This document shows, one piece after another, positions 1 through 13,160 of a stretch of 64,000 nt of DNA; the first letter of the stretch is position 1, and each line of letters begins with the position of its first letter. The translations under genes were made by a program, and so were the position numbers. The notes below the pieces were generated by a model. It saw nothing but the letters and a program-made list of their open reading frames with translations, made no database searches and was not told where the DNA came from. Origin of the DNA: Lama glama (taxonomy: Eukaryota); the NCBI GenBank assembly GCA_028534125.1, contig CM052816.1, positions 6,078,001-6,142,000 on the forward strand, written 5' to 3'.

Positions 1-285
1 AGAACGCATCGCAAATGTAGATAAAAATATTTGGGGGAAAAAATTCCAGAAAGTTCCAAAAGCAAAACTTGAATTTGCCGCTCATAGGTGACTATTTACA
101 TAGCATTTGCATTGTATTTACAACTATTTACATGCCATTTACATTGTATCAAGTATTATAAGTAATCTGAAGGTGATTTAAAGTTATGGGAGAATATGCT
201 GTAGGTTATATGTGAACACTACACCATTTTGTACAAGGGGATTGAACATCCCATGGACTTTGGTACTGGGGTGGGGGGAGTGACA
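1..285 (+). mobile_element. MER2/MER2B-like TcMar-Tigger DNA transposon fossil (cut by window edge)
   Basis: Diagnostic motifs aaaattccagaaagttccaaaagcaaaacttgaatttgccgc and acaactatttacatgccatttacattgtat...tattataagtaatct...gtaggttatatg match the recalled MER2 consensus. Confidence 0.8.
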
Positions 286-339
286 CGCTGTGAATACTGT
301 CCACCAAGTACACCAGATTTGAGAGTGCATATCCCCTCT

Positions 340-565
340 TTGAGGGGCAGCCATGACCCTGTACCACCTGTTGCTGCCGTGTGAGGCTGTAGACCTCCAA
401 CATTGTCAGACGTTTCAATTTAAGACCAGCCCAAAATCCAGGTTTTTTGGGTAAAAACTGTCTTTGAGATGTTGGCCATGAATTCTAAAATTTTTGAAAT
501 GCTGCATAGGCCAGACAAGGCACCAGTAAGCCAGATGCGGCCCATAGATTTCCAGCCTCTGATTT
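340..565. mobile_element. Old hAT-Charlie MITE (MER103-like)
   Basis: aaaatccaggtttttt...ggccagacaagg...gccagatgcggccc...cagcctctg terminus typical of Charlie-derived MERs. Confidence 0.45.
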
Positions 566-2304
566 ATTCATAGATGGATATAAATGGGGTGTACTTCATG
601 CGTTGTTCTGTGATGTACTTGTCTTCCCCAATTCCACACTGTCGATAGTTGCCTTTCTGGGTCACTATCTAGGTCAACCCCCATAGATCATGGCATAAAT
701 ATGGATGGGTGTAAGTATTCTCTGACATGGATGTATTATAGTTTACCTTGCAGTCATCCTATTGATAAACATATAGGTGTTGATGCTTTTTCAGTATCAT
801 AAAGGGTTTCAACACATCTCTTATTTGTGAATTATGCATGTGTGAGGACCCTTCAGGGCAATCACTGGTCACTTTCCGTCCTGACACTTGCCATCCTGTC
901 TCATTTCTCCCAGTGGATATAGGGGTCAGGAGCTACCTCTTAATCCTTTGTGTGGTCCCCTCAGTCTTTAACTAAATATGTGACTCCTGAAAGTATGACT
1001 TAGTGAATGAACCAAAAAAATAGGTCATAAAAATAAAACTCATCCAGCTTGATTTTTCCCTTTGATTTTCTGAGTGACTTTTAGGCCAGCTACTTTCTTG
1101 TCCAAGCCTCCATCTCTCCATCTGCAAAATGGGCTTAATTTATTCAACAAATTTTAAATATTTACTAAGTACCTTGTATTAACTGGATATTGTGTTAAGG
1201 GTGAGGAGTACAGCAGTGACATGGAAGTTATCCTCTCCTGGGTCTGCTCCAAGTTCCCTTGCAGTTCTAACGTTTGACGCTACGATATCCTGCCATGCCT
1301 CTCAGCCCCAAGCCCTAAGCAGATTTGAAAGTGGAAGTAGTGTCATCTGTCCCAGGAACAAGAGCTGAGGGCCTTCCACTGAACATGTATACTGTGGATA
1401 TTATTAAATGCTGTGTACCTACAACTGCTAAGGGCAGAAACCTTCCTAAGCAGGTTTTGCTGTTGGAACATGTTATTCTCCGGGTAATTTGCTCTGCTCT
1501 ATGAAAACTCATTGTGGACTTTCTTTTCAAAGAGCATGGCTTCTATCAGTTAAAGTAGTCATAATTGAAAGGCATCTTCCCTTCTTTTTTTTCTGGCTGC
1601 TGGGGAAGGTAGGGGGTCCTAGCTTTGCCAAATCTTATTCCCCAAGGTCAGAAGGAAGTAAAAATAGGAAAAGTGAAAACAAGTAGGACTTCATACAATG
1701 GGGAATAAAGCAATAAACTCATTAACTGTCAAGTAAGGGCACAGGGGAGTCAGCATCCTGTCATAGAAATAAAATCACACTGAAAAGGAAGGCAGTACAG
1801 TGTGGCAGTTTAAATCTCTGAGTTTTGAACCAGCTGTCCTATTTTTTTTTTGTAAGTTGGTGATAATGCCACCTAACTCACTGGACTATTGAAATTCTCA
1901 AAATAAATGTATTATTATCACAGAAGACGCAAAAGGCCTATTGTCTAGTTTTGTTTGTAACTGGACTACAAACATTTACAAATGTTTGTAAATGTAGCAA
2001 CCTTGGGAAAAACGTTTTCTTTCTTGAGACTGCTTTTATATAATCTCTGAGCAAAACCTGTCATAGCAACCTCCAAAAGCTATAGTGAGACTCCAAGAAA
2101 AAGGGTAGATGAATACAAAAGCGTTTTATTACCTCAAATAAGAGTTGACAGTTAACCCAATGTGTTGGGTTATACATTAAAGAGAGTTATAAATTGGAAT
2201 ATTTTCCCAACATGTGAGGTTGTTATCATCCCACAGTTTCATCAGGGCATGAAAATGCAACATCTGGGAACAGAGCACATGACAGCTTAATTAGATTCAC
2301 TTTC

Positions 2305-2520
2305 TGGTCCATTCACTCAGTATTTGAGCATCTACAAGCATCATTTAGATGCTAGGAAATACAACAGTGAGAAAAAGGGGCTAAGGCTTTGCTCTCACAG
2401 AGCTTAGAGTTGAATGGGGGGGTCATAGCGACTGATTAAATTATCACAAATAATAATCAGAGACTGAAAATCTGCTCTGTCAACAGGGAAAAAAAGATAA
2501 GAGACCTAATTTCAGTTGAG
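2305..2520 (-). mobile_element. L2 3' end fragment
   Basis: cattcactcagtatttgagcatctac...gctaggaaatacaacagtgag...ctctcacagagcttagagt is the reverse of the L2 tail. Confidence 0.65.
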
Positions 2521-3754
2521 AATTCTGGATACGTGGAAGGCCCCAGTGTTAAAATGGGGTAAAGATTGCATATATGTGGTTATTAACCTTTTACTACATC
2601 TGTCCTGATCCAGATTTTATTGTATAAGAATTTGCCAGTTACAAAGTGATATATGGGAAGGAGCTCCAGTTTTGCAAGTAGATCCTATATCACTCATTGT
2701 GTGATACGCCAAGACATATTAGTACTTCACAAGTATTAATATTTCCTTCTCGAAAGAATCCTGTTATTTTTTAATATAAATATCTGTCTTTTAGATAAGG
2801 AAACAGAGGTATGGAGGTCACAAGTCCAAGTCATAATTCACGTCTTAACCACAGTGAAATCTTGAGCAGTGACTCAGCCTCATTCCTCTGCTCTGTGTGA
2901 TGAGGGTAGGGGTCCCAGACAGTATTTAGAGTTGGCACGAAGATCACATGGAATAATGTATGTGCTTCTGTATACTGAAAAAAATGACCATGTACTTATA
3001 AGGGGTTATTATGTGGGGTATTCAAGGTATAGAGCCACAGGTTAATGTTGGATACAGCAAAAACACCACACATCCATGTCAGTCTGTTAATATTTGCAGC
3101 ACTATATTTTGTTCATGACTTGTACTTTACCAAGCTCCTTTTTTTTTTCTGTATATTTATGTCATGGTATTCTTGGATCCTCTTCACCCCATTTTCTGGG
3201 ATATTTAAAACTGTGTTGGTAATTGGAGAGCACTCAGCGTCATTGATTTTGTGTGTGGAGGAAACTTTTATGGGGAGGGCGTTTTATGTTACTGCACATC
3301 TGATGATTTAATTCCCTCTAAAATACCCCACGTATAACTTTGCCCCATAAAAAATAATGGGGCTAGAATCAAGGTAATGTGCATCTATCTAAGAGTGCTG
3401 ACTGTGGGCAAACCCGAGGCTAGAGGCTAAAGCAACAGTCCCTTCCCTGAAGAGCTGATGACGGCAGAATTAAATCCAGACCTCCTTAGAAATGGAACAG
3501 AATCAAAACTGATAACATCACTGGTAATGTGATTCATGCCATCACCAGGGATTTTTCTGACATTCTTTCTCTAACAACACAAAGCCCTTCAAGTCTGACA
3601 TCCCCTAAATTATCCTGCCTCACCCGTGGGGTTGGTGTAGGGAGAGTAGCATTAGCTAAAAGGTCCCAATAGCAAATTTGCTGAGAGAGAAAACCAAGGT
3701 GGCTTTTCCTGGTTCTCAGTAACTGCTAGTCCCTAGGGCTCTTCTAACAGATCA

Positions 3755-4211
3755 GAATACATGGTATACAGAGCAATGTCCACATCCTAGCCGCTGCATC
3801 CTCAGACTTTGTAACCCTAGGTGATGAAAGGGGTTTGCAGATGTGATTAAGTTAAGGCTGTTAAGATGGGAAAATGATCCTGGGTTATTCTGGTGGGCCC
3901 AGTGTAATCACAAGGGTCCCTTTAAGAGGGTCATAGTGACAGAAGGAGAGGTGACAACATAAGCATCATTCAGAGTCTTGCAGCCCTGAACCAAGTAACG
4001 TGGGCAGCCTCTAGCAGCTGGAAAAAGCAAGGAACAGATTCTCTTCTAGAGCCTCCAGAAGGAACATGACTTTGCTAACATCTCAATTTTCACCCTTTAA
4101 GACCTCTTTCAGACCTCTGACCTCCAGCATGGTAGCATCCTAATTTGCATTGTTGTTTTAAGCCACTCAAGGTGTGGTCATACTGTTGTAGCAGCAGTGG
4201 AAAATGAATGC
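3755..4211 (+). mobile_element. MaLR solo LTR (MLT1C/MLT1D-like)
   Basis: tttgcagatgtgattaagttaagg, gggcccagtgtaatcacaagggtcc, gattctcttctagagcctccagaaggaa, and end ttttaagccact...gcagcagtggaaaatgaatgca. Confidence 0.85.
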
Positions 4212-4779
4212 ATGCGTTCTCTGCCCTTAAACAGTCTGAATTTGAGACAACAGGCAGGTGAGCGCAGGAGAAGCAAAGCCACTATTCAGAGAGGTGGAAA
4301 AACCTGGTTTAACCTTTACAGCATCCATGGACTGCAGTAGTGCTGTCCTTAGTGTGAGAGGTCTGGCAAGATCTCTGTGTCCCTCACACGCCTGCATTTC
4401 TGCCAACTTGCACACAACAAGCTAGCTCTGCTATGCCAATCAGCTATTCTCCTGGCGTCTTAACTGCTGAAATCAGCAATTTCCCCCTGTACATGGCACT
4501 ATTTTATAAGCACTAAGTTTCTCATCAAGGCTTCTCTTGGGTTTCCAGCAGTTCCAACTATCTGTATAGGCAGAAATCTGACCATCATAATTAGGAAGAT
4601 GACACGGATCCTCTTTAATCTTCATTTGTTTCCCCTCAGGCTTTAAGTTTTTTTAAATTTACACAGGCGTTTCTCTTTGTACAAAAGTTTTAAATAACAC
4701 CATACACAGATAAAGCATGAAGCACTTTTCATCTGTGTCACCTCACTCTTTGTGGTACACATCCTGCTGATTTTTTAAT

Positions 4780-5240
4780 CCTTTTCTGAAACTTGTTGAT
4801 GCTATGGATCTTCTCGTAAAAATGGCTTACATCCTCTCCATAAAGTGGTGATACCCTAATTAGTTCCCTTTTGATGGACATGTCAGTTGCCTCTGGTTTT
4901 TCACAATGACACATAATCTGCAGTGTAGCCTTAAAAGCACCCTTGTACTCGGCAGACATGCTTCAGTAGGACAGGGGCTGCAAGTGGGGTTTCTCCATCA
5001 AAGGGTTGCAGGTTTTAACGGTAGTTTGCCAACAGGTTTTCCTGGCTTACATTCCCATTAACAGTGTAAGAAAGCACCATTTCTTTACACCATTAAGAGG
5101 ATACCTTGGGTATGATTCATCTTTTCACTATTTGCCAATCTGAAATCTGAAGAATGCACTCTGTCTGTTGCTTTTATTTGCATTTCCTTGCTTAGTAATG
5201 AGCTTGAGCATCTCCACGTATGTACACTGGTCATTTATTT
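4780..5240 (-). mobile_element. Ancient L1 (L1ME-like) 3' fragment
   Basis: ttgatggacatgtcagttg...tttacattcccattaacagtgt...ttttatttgcatttccttgcttagtaatgagcttgagcatct. Confidence 0.65.
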
Positions 5241-5759
5241 TTTAATTCCTTTGGAAGCAGGGTCCATTTTCAGTGGGTTCGGCAATGGAAAAGTAATGAC
5301 AGGGAGTTGTCAGGCAGTACCAGAGCTGCAAATCAAGACCCTGCACCCCAAGGCTCAGGCTCCAACACCTTCCTGTGGTATTTATACCAAGTCAAGAGCA
5401 CCATGCATACCTGGGAAAGTGCTGGGTCTATTTTAAACCTGCCAGGGAGGGGAAGGGTATCAATTCCATTGGCACCCTTTTTCTTCTACACTCTGTCTTT
5501 TTGTAACCTTTGACATTTGCCTTCTCATTTCCCATTTTGTTTCCTCCTTTGTATAACGAAAAGCCTGGGGAAGGTAATGGATCTGGTCTTTTTTGCTTTA
5601 AAATTTTTAAGTTCAAAAAGAAATACTTTGATTGAATGAGCACCAGCCTTCTCCAAGAACCAGCCTTCAGCACGATGATCAAGTCAGCCCACTTGGGCTT
5701 TCAGAGTCACTGACAAAGGCTTAGAGATGGCAAACCATTATTCTAGGGAGAGCAGCCCC

Positions 5760-6150
5760 ATGGAGGGAAGACATGTGGACTGTATGAGGAGCAGAATTAT
5801 GGCAAGGGATAGAATAATTATGGAACAAGCCTGGAGAGGACAGTGAGGCCCAGACCGTAAAGGTCTTTTACACCATGTTACAGATCTTGTTCCATTTCCA
5901 AAAAGCCAAGAAGAGTTAATGGGTAGGTGGGGGGCTTTAAACGGGGGAGGGGAGGGCGATAATCCTATCTAATTTGCCTTGCAAGTATATCACTCTGGCT
6001 GCAGCACTGAGAATGGATTGATGGCTGACCCAAGTGGATGCTGTGCGACCCATTCGGAGGCTCTTGTCATTAGATAAGGGAGGGTGGTTGTGGAGACCAT
6101 AGAGCTGGTGTTGGGAGCAGAGAAAAGTAGAAAGGCTTGGGGGCATTTAC
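5760..6150 (-). mobile_element. L2 fragment
   Basis: Purine-rich segment with atcactctggctgcagcactgagaatggattg...ggaggctcttg, an L2 ORF-end motif. Confidence 0.6.
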
Positions 6151-7435
6151 CCTTCGTGAGTTTCTTAAACTGACAGGGGAGGCAGGCACGTGAGAAGAGA
6201 GCACAGGTTGCCTAGCAGTGTTAAGCAAACATCTGATGACTTCTCTGAACTCTAATCCTCCTTGGGGAAAAGGCTATTATATTTCCAGGAATTGGCCCAG
6301 GGTGTGTGCACAGCAAATAACAGTTCAGTGAGGGAATGGTCTAGCCAAAAGAAGAATTCAGAACAGCAAGATAGCACTGCCTGGTGGTGACGTTTCATCA
6401 GAGAAGTGAGCCCAATGCTGGTCTTTGAGGGGTGAGAAAAGCGCTATCATCTCACCTAATCCAGCCCTGAAAGGCATGCATTTGGTGTGTTTAAAAATCA
6501 GGCTTGATGAAAGGCTTCCCCAAAGTTATTCACTGAAGAATTGTTGGAGTGAGAGTTGGAACCCCCATCTGTGGGTCTTCTCTGGACATATTTTTGGAGT
6601 CACATAATAGAATATCAGGGTGAGGTTAGTCCACCCCAGGGGAAATGATTTTCAAGCAATTTCTGGAGAGAGAACAAACTCCAGAGGGGAGATTTGACTT
6701 CTTGGATCCTCATGCTGTTCATTTTCCAGTTCCTAGTTTTTAATTACCATTTATTCAAGTGTTACTCCATGCCCCTCAGATCACTCTCATTTAACCACCA
6801 TGACCTAGTTAGCTAGTATAGTTAGCCCTATTTTAGTTTAACAAACTGAGACTTAGAGAGGCTAAGCCATATTCCAAATTGAATAACGATGTGACAGAAT
6901 CGTTGTGTGAATCCCTCTCCAACTGCAAAGCCCTCACCCCAGATGGCTACGTGATCTGACTTAAGGTTCAAGGTCGACAGACTTAGGAAGAAGGGGTGTA
7001 ATTATCTTGGCTGTAGTTGGGCTCATGATCTTTGAATCTAAGTGTGTTTGGTTCTTTCGGTTTCTCATAATGACCATAGCGTGTCGTGTGTGCTCCCCAC
7101 CCACTGCCAGAGCTCCTCAAGTGCTTCCTTCTCTGTAGAAGGTAACTATCTGTGGTGGTTTTTAAATTCCCATCTCTCTGACCTCCTTTGGCAAATTATT
7201 TCACATTTTTGTGCTTGAGTTTCAGATTTTGCAAAACGGGGAAAACAGCAAGACAACCCTCATAGAGTTGTTGTGAAGAGTTAAGCCCCTGGTACAGGGT
7301 AGGCATTCAGTACATGTTAGTTACTCCTGCCTCGGGAAGCTGCTCCAGTGGCCTTTATGCAGTTGTTATCCAGAAGATATTTATTATGATTGTCTTCTAG
7401 TGTCAACTGTTCTGCTAAGTATTAAGGACAGAAGG

Positions 7436-7720
7436 ATGTTCTGGTTATCTGTTACTGTATAGCAAACTAGCCCTAAGCTTAATGGCTTCAGTGACAACAT
7501 TGTGTTACGTCTCATGATTTTGTGGGTCAGGAATTTGGGCAGAGCTTAGCTGGGTGATTCTTCTGCTATTCATTTGGCAGCTGGGTCATTCTGGTGGGTT
7601 CAGATTGGTTTCACACCCATACCTGGATCCTTGGTTGGGGCAGCTGGAAGGCTGTGCTCATGGAGACTTCCCTCTCTCTCCACATTGTCCCAGGGCCTCC
7701 TGCACAGTCTCTGTGGTGGG
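7436..7720 (-). mobile_element. MaLR LTR fragment (MLT1H/I-like)
   Basis: tgttctggttatctgttactgtatagcaaact...tctcatgattttgtgggtcaggaatttgggcagagcttagctggg. Confidence 0.75.
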
Positions 7721-8319
7721 GATGACAAGACTGGAAGGAGGTGGAGCCAGGACTTAAACCTGATTCAGGTGAATCCAGAAACCACCCCTCTATACCAGCC
7801 ACTTAGCCCATTTTTTTTAAGACGAAGGCCTCTCTGGCACTGTCTTTAGGTCTTGAAGACAATCCCCAGGGCTTCTTCACAAAGGGAGTGTATCATTGGG
7901 GTTAGAAAGCCTGAGTTTTGAATCACTTCAGTTGCTTCCCAGTGATGTGATCCTGCACAAACCACTTCCCTTCTCAGGCTTCCTTGCCTCCCTCTATGAA
8001 ATAAAAGCACCTTCTTCCTCTGTCCATTTCTTATATTCACTTGGTGGACTGTATTCACAGCAAAGATATTGCAGGGAGCCAGTTGGGAGACTCTGTGTCT
8101 AGTCCTGGCTCATCTCACTTACATTGTGCCATTGGACAATTCTTTTTCCACTTCTGGAACACAGGTTTTGTGAAATGGTTTGTAGGGGTCATTTCAACTC
8201 AAATTTCAAGGAAGATATTGAGGAAAACACCATGAACACACAATATGATAAGCATCGCCACAATTAAGATTACATGGTATGAGATGTGCTGTATGTGTCT
8301 TTAAGAAAGGCAGACTCAC

Positions 8320-8376
8320 CTTCTCTAGGGATGAGCATCCTGTAACTGGCCAGTGCTGGGGATGCCATCTGTGGGC
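8320..8376 (-). other. Candidate 57-nt exon on the minus strand
   Basis: Minus strand reads gcttttggttttgctctgatccAG|gcccacag...agagaag|GTGAGT; length is a multiple of 3 and two frames are open. Confidence 0.3.
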
Positions 8377-9559
8377 CTGGATCAGAGCAAAACCAAAAGC
8401 ACAGAACAAATGGGACTGCACTGATGATGTTATGCTGGTACCACGGAATAATCAGCCAACCGTTACCCACTACATATCTTCATATATGACTTGACATTAC
8501 AAAAGCCAAGGTTTTTAAATCGTTGCCTGAACCATCTGGATAACACATATTTAAAATTAGCCAAAGTAGTCCAAGACTCGAGGGCTAGATAATGAATGAT
8601 GAAATACATTTGATTACATTATTGTAAACAAGGAACTCTATTGTTCATCCATTTTCATATCCCAAGTATCTAAGACAGGGTCTAGCATGTAGTAAGCACT
8701 CAAACATTTGTCACTGAATAAAATAAATGAGTAACATTTAATGGAAACATTATTAAGTCCTACCCATTATCTGTGTAATGGGACTCTTTAAATCCATGCT
8801 TAATAGCAACAAATGTTATATGTAAAAAGCTCCACTTCAAATTATTTTATCTGCTAACTAATCCTGGATTAAAAGACGTACCATATAAGAAAGAATTTAT
8901 ATTCTAGGCAAACCAAGGCCATGAGCCAAGAGGGGCCCATCAAGATTTTGCTGACCATAAGAGGCAACCCACAGTGAGTGAGGCTGTGTGACCTTGAATG
9001 AACTTCACCTTTTGAGTCCTTAATGGCCACATTTATAGAATAGAGCACATTTAAATTTCATTGTAGCTCTAAAAGTCTATGATCTTAAGAAAATTCTTAT
9101 TTTGCCTACATACAACATGATGTGACAGAGATTAAGTGAGAATCCTTCTGTTCAAGATAAAGTCTGATATAATAGCAATGAAAAAAGATATTAGCCTTGG
9201 GTTGTTAAGCTCAAATTTTAGATTTGCTTCTTCCATTTGTCTACAAGATTTTAGGCAAGTCACCTTACCTCTCTGAGCTTTATTATTCTCATTTGTCAAA
9301 TCGCTCATCTAGATGAAAGGTTTGGGGGAAGATAATTAAATAACAGAACTGCCGAAATCTTCTGCCTGCCACAGTTTCCTGCCTGTCTCTGTAAGGCCCT
9401 TTAGAAATAATTTTGCTGAGTCTTCTAAGATTCCTGATGAAGAAACTAAGACCTGGAAAGGTAAATTGATTTATCCACTGCTGAACAGCAAGTTTATTAA
9501 GACCTAGGGCAGATATTTTAGCTTTTTATTCATTCAATATATTTGGTCAGTGAGCGTCT

Positions 9560-9800
9560 TAATAATACCAGCTACCCTTTGAGGACTTAAGCACTGTACT
9601 AGAAACGTTACATGAATTAATGTATAATTCTCAATGTAGCCCAAAGATGTAGGTCTTTTTTGTTATTCTTGTTTAACAGATAAGGAAACAGATTTGGAGA
9701 GGCTAAGTGACTTTCTCAAATTTACATAACTAATAAGTGATAAAGCCAGGAATTAAACACAGAGGGTTTACTGTCTTAAGCACTAACCTCTGCTGGTCTC
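9560..9800 (-). mobile_element. MIR SINE
   Basis: Core ttaacagataaggaaacagatttggagaggctaagtgactttctcaa...ctaataagtgataaagccagga. Confidence 0.75.
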
Positions 9801-9809
9801 TACCACCAT

Positions 9810-10360
9810 TCCTATTAATATGTCGTTTGGCACATGCCACAGACTGTTATCTTATGTCAGCCTAAGTTACAATATAACAAAGGGGGCACTATAGTAAAGA
9901 GGATCCAGGCTGCTATGGGATTATCAGGCAGAACCCAGGGGAAGGGAGGAGAAGCCTGTGTCTTCTACACAGTCTTTCAAGAAATTCTGTTTAGGTTGTA
10001 CCTTGGAAATGGGGGTGGGATTGGAAATGGGAGAAAAGAATGTTCCAGGCAGAAGAAACAGCATGTGTGAGATCTGGAGAGGAGAAAGAGCACGACTCCC
10101 ATGAAGAACTGCAAGAAGAATGATCGGGAGGAGAGATGCAGGGGGGAGACTAGCAGTGGCTTGATGCAGGCTGGCCCTGTGAACCTCAGTTCGGCGTGTA
10201 CACATCCCATGAGGGCAGTAGGGAGGTATGGGAGGGTTTTAGGTGGGGCAGTGACATAATGTGACTTATGACTGTGATTGCAAGTTGCAAATGGAGAGAG
10301 GCATTCAGGACTGGACGCTGGAGAGAGGTCAAGGAGTGTTGCAGTGATAGTGAACCCGTT
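9810..10360 (-). mobile_element. L2 fragment
   Basis: agaatgttccaggcagaagaaacagcatgtgtgaga...ggttttaggtggggcagtgacataat. Confidence 0.6.
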
Positions 10361-11579
10361 TCCAAATCCCCTAGACAAAAAAGGGGCTTTGAAAACACAA
10401 GTACTGATAATCTTATTACTTCCTAACTTCTGCCTGAGAATCTGTTGTTCTGGCCCTACTAAAGCCCCTGTGATGTTAAATCCATACCCAAAAGGTTTTT
10501 GCTGATTTTTTTTTTTTTTGAGACGGACCAGAGCTCCAGTTTTTCCTCTTGCTCCCTATTTGCCCACAGACCTAAGGGCTGCTCAACCTGCACAACCATT
10601 TTTTGTGAAGCCATTGGTTGATTAGCGGGTGGTGTCTTTACCCCAGCCATGTCCTCTGTTGTATTGTAGGCAAAGGGAGGACTACAGGATGCACAGCTTT
10701 GGAAGCGGACAGATAAGAGACCAGACCCTGTTTGGAGGCATTTAAACTTATTTCACAGTTAATACAGCATCTGGGGCACATTTTCCTACTTTTATGCCAA
10801 TTTTTATATGTTTCTGCTGCACAGTCGGAAGCCAGGCTCATAAAAAGGGAGGAAAATGGTACAAAAAATAAAAGTAAGTAAGCGCATTCTGCTTTAACAC
10901 TCCCAGGAGCCCTGAGGCCGGCAAGTTTATGAGTTAGAGGAAAAGAAAAAAACAACAAAACAAAAAACCTATGCCGCCGTATATATAAAGGAAAGGAAAT
11001 GCTATCCCCTTGTATTTGAATACATTAGACAGAAATGGGAGAGGAAGCTCTCAGCAGAGAGCAGACCAGAATGTGTCACCAATTGTCCAGGTGGCTTGGA
11101 GCCAATCAGACCTCTTCTGTGGGTCTGTTTCTCACTTAGAAAACACAAAGTTTGTACCAAATGCTTTCTAAGAGTTTCTAGTTCTACAATTATGTTTATC
11201 ATCCTTCACAGGCACAGGGGATACAGGCCGATATAGAAGACCTGGTTTCTGATCTCAGGAAATTGAAGTACAGGGTAAAAACAGGACTAACCTTATCTTA
11301 CCTTTCTTTAGAGCAGAAATTTCTCTAATTACACTGCTGTGGAAAAGACTGAAACCTTTCTGAAAACTGAATAATGCAATTTTACTTCTAACTTAAAGGA
11401 AGTAAATTAACATTGTCAGTGTTGAGGACTCTTGAAATAGCTTCTCTACCTCTGTTTATACCGTATAAACTAATTTAAAATGTTGTTTGATTTAGGAGAA
11501 AGGGACATATGGCTATTTTGATTTAATGTAACATTACTTTCATGGTTTTCCGTCAATAGCTTAGACTTTTAAGTAGGCA

Positions 11580-11815
11580 AAAGCTTAGGGGTTAAACCGT
11601 AAACTTCTGTGTTATGCTTGAATTTGGATTTAGGCTCTGACATTCTAGCTATGAGTCCTTGAGAAAATTACTTCAGAACCCATTTCTTCAGTGATAAAAT
11701 GGGAGCAATAAGAGTACCCACCTCACATATTTATTGTGGGAATTAACTCAAGTAAGGTCCCCAAACATTAGGCATAGTGTTTGGTAAAATACCTGCTGTG
11801 TGAGTATTAGGTATA
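11580..11815 (+). mobile_element. MIR SINE
   Basis: ctagctatgagtccttgagaaaattactt...aaaatgggagcaataagagtacccacctcac. Confidence 0.7.
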
Positions 11816-11920
11816 GGGTACGTAGTATGAAAAAACAACTCAGTAGGTTTGAACTGGACCTTGAAGGAGGAGGAAGATTTGAACAAATTCAAATAAGGAA
11901 ATAAAGATCCCATTTGGCAG

Positions 11921-12451
11921 TTATGGTAGGTTGCAAAGAACAACCCCAATTCTTCATCACTTCCTGTTTTCATTCCTTTTGTAATATGACTTTATAGCTC
12001 CTCCCATGAAGAGATAATCTGGAGATAGTCTGTGTCCTTATCTCTTGAATGTTGAGTGAACTTTGTGGTTTGCTTTAGCAAATAATATGTGGTGTAAACA
12101 GTATTATGCCAATTTCATGCCCAGGCCTTACACATTTTCCTCCTTCCTTTGAAACTCTGCTTCAGCTATGAGAACAAGTCTAGCTGGGCAGCTGCAGGAA
12201 AGGGGTCTTGTGCAACAGAGCTGAATTAGTCAAGTTGTCCAAGCTGAGGTCCCAGCCACCTGAGAGGCCCAGCTAGAACCACCTGACTGACTTTAGCTGC
12301 CTGCAGATGGGTGAGTGAGTCCTGCCAGCTCAGTTCAGATAAGCAGAGATATCCAGGAAACCCATAGACTTCTGAACAATAATAAATAATTGTTGTTTTA
12401 AGCCACTATGTCTTAGATGAGTTTGTTACACAGCAATAGCTAACAGATACT
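11921..12451 (+). mobile_element. MaLR solo LTR (MLT1G/H-like)
   Basis: Start tatggtaggttgcaaaga...gactttatagctcctcccatgaagag; end aataaataattgttgttttaagccact...tttgttacacagcaatagctaacagatac. Confidence 0.85.
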
Positions 12452-12859
12452 GTGTTGATGGTGGCGAAAGTAGAGAAAAGGGAATAGGAAAATAGTTTCA
12501 ACCATAGGAGGAGATTAAGCTGAATAAAATAGATGTCACACATATATGAGCTGGAGAATATTAGGTTTTGTAGCAGAAATGAAGACAAGTTATGGAGTAT
12601 ATTAAAGTGTACACAGAAAGAATGAAAGAGTCATTTATTATAATTTGTGTGAAAGTAAAAACATTTCTGAATGAAAAGACCATAAATTAGAGTGTAGGAA
12701 AAGGATAAATGATGTTGGTAACAAATGGCATTAAAAACTGGTACCCTTAATATAGAGAGTCCTAAGATACCTATCAAGAAAAATGAACAAACCCCCACAA
12801 ACCCCCTAAGACCAATTGAAAACATTCCCTTTATCTTAGGGCTGTTGTACATGTTGATA

Positions 12860-13160
12860 GCAGCCTTCTCTCTTTGTCTAAGTACTTTTGATTCATATTT
12901 TTGATCTCAAGTCTCTTCTTCAGAGACATCGTTCCTGAACTTCCAGATCATAGTGGGTCCTCCTGGTTTATGCTTCCATAGCAACCTGCTGTTCTTATTT
13001 CACTCACCATTATTTGTTCAATGTCTGCTATCTCCACTGGATTGTAAATTCCATAAGCCATGAATTGAAACTATTTTTTTTCACCAATATGATTCCGGGA
13101 TCTTGCAAAATACCTGACATAGGGTAGACATTCAATAACCATTTGAAAATAATGAGTCCT
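12860..13160 (+). mobile_element. L2 3' end
   Basis: ctccactggattgtaaattccat...tacctgacatagggtagacattcaataaccatttg. Confidence 0.65.

Noticed and set aside
1454..1483. 30-nt segment cag|gttttg...ctccgg|gtaatt
   Set aside because: The donor is plausible but the pyrimidine tract is poor, so it cannot be told from chance.
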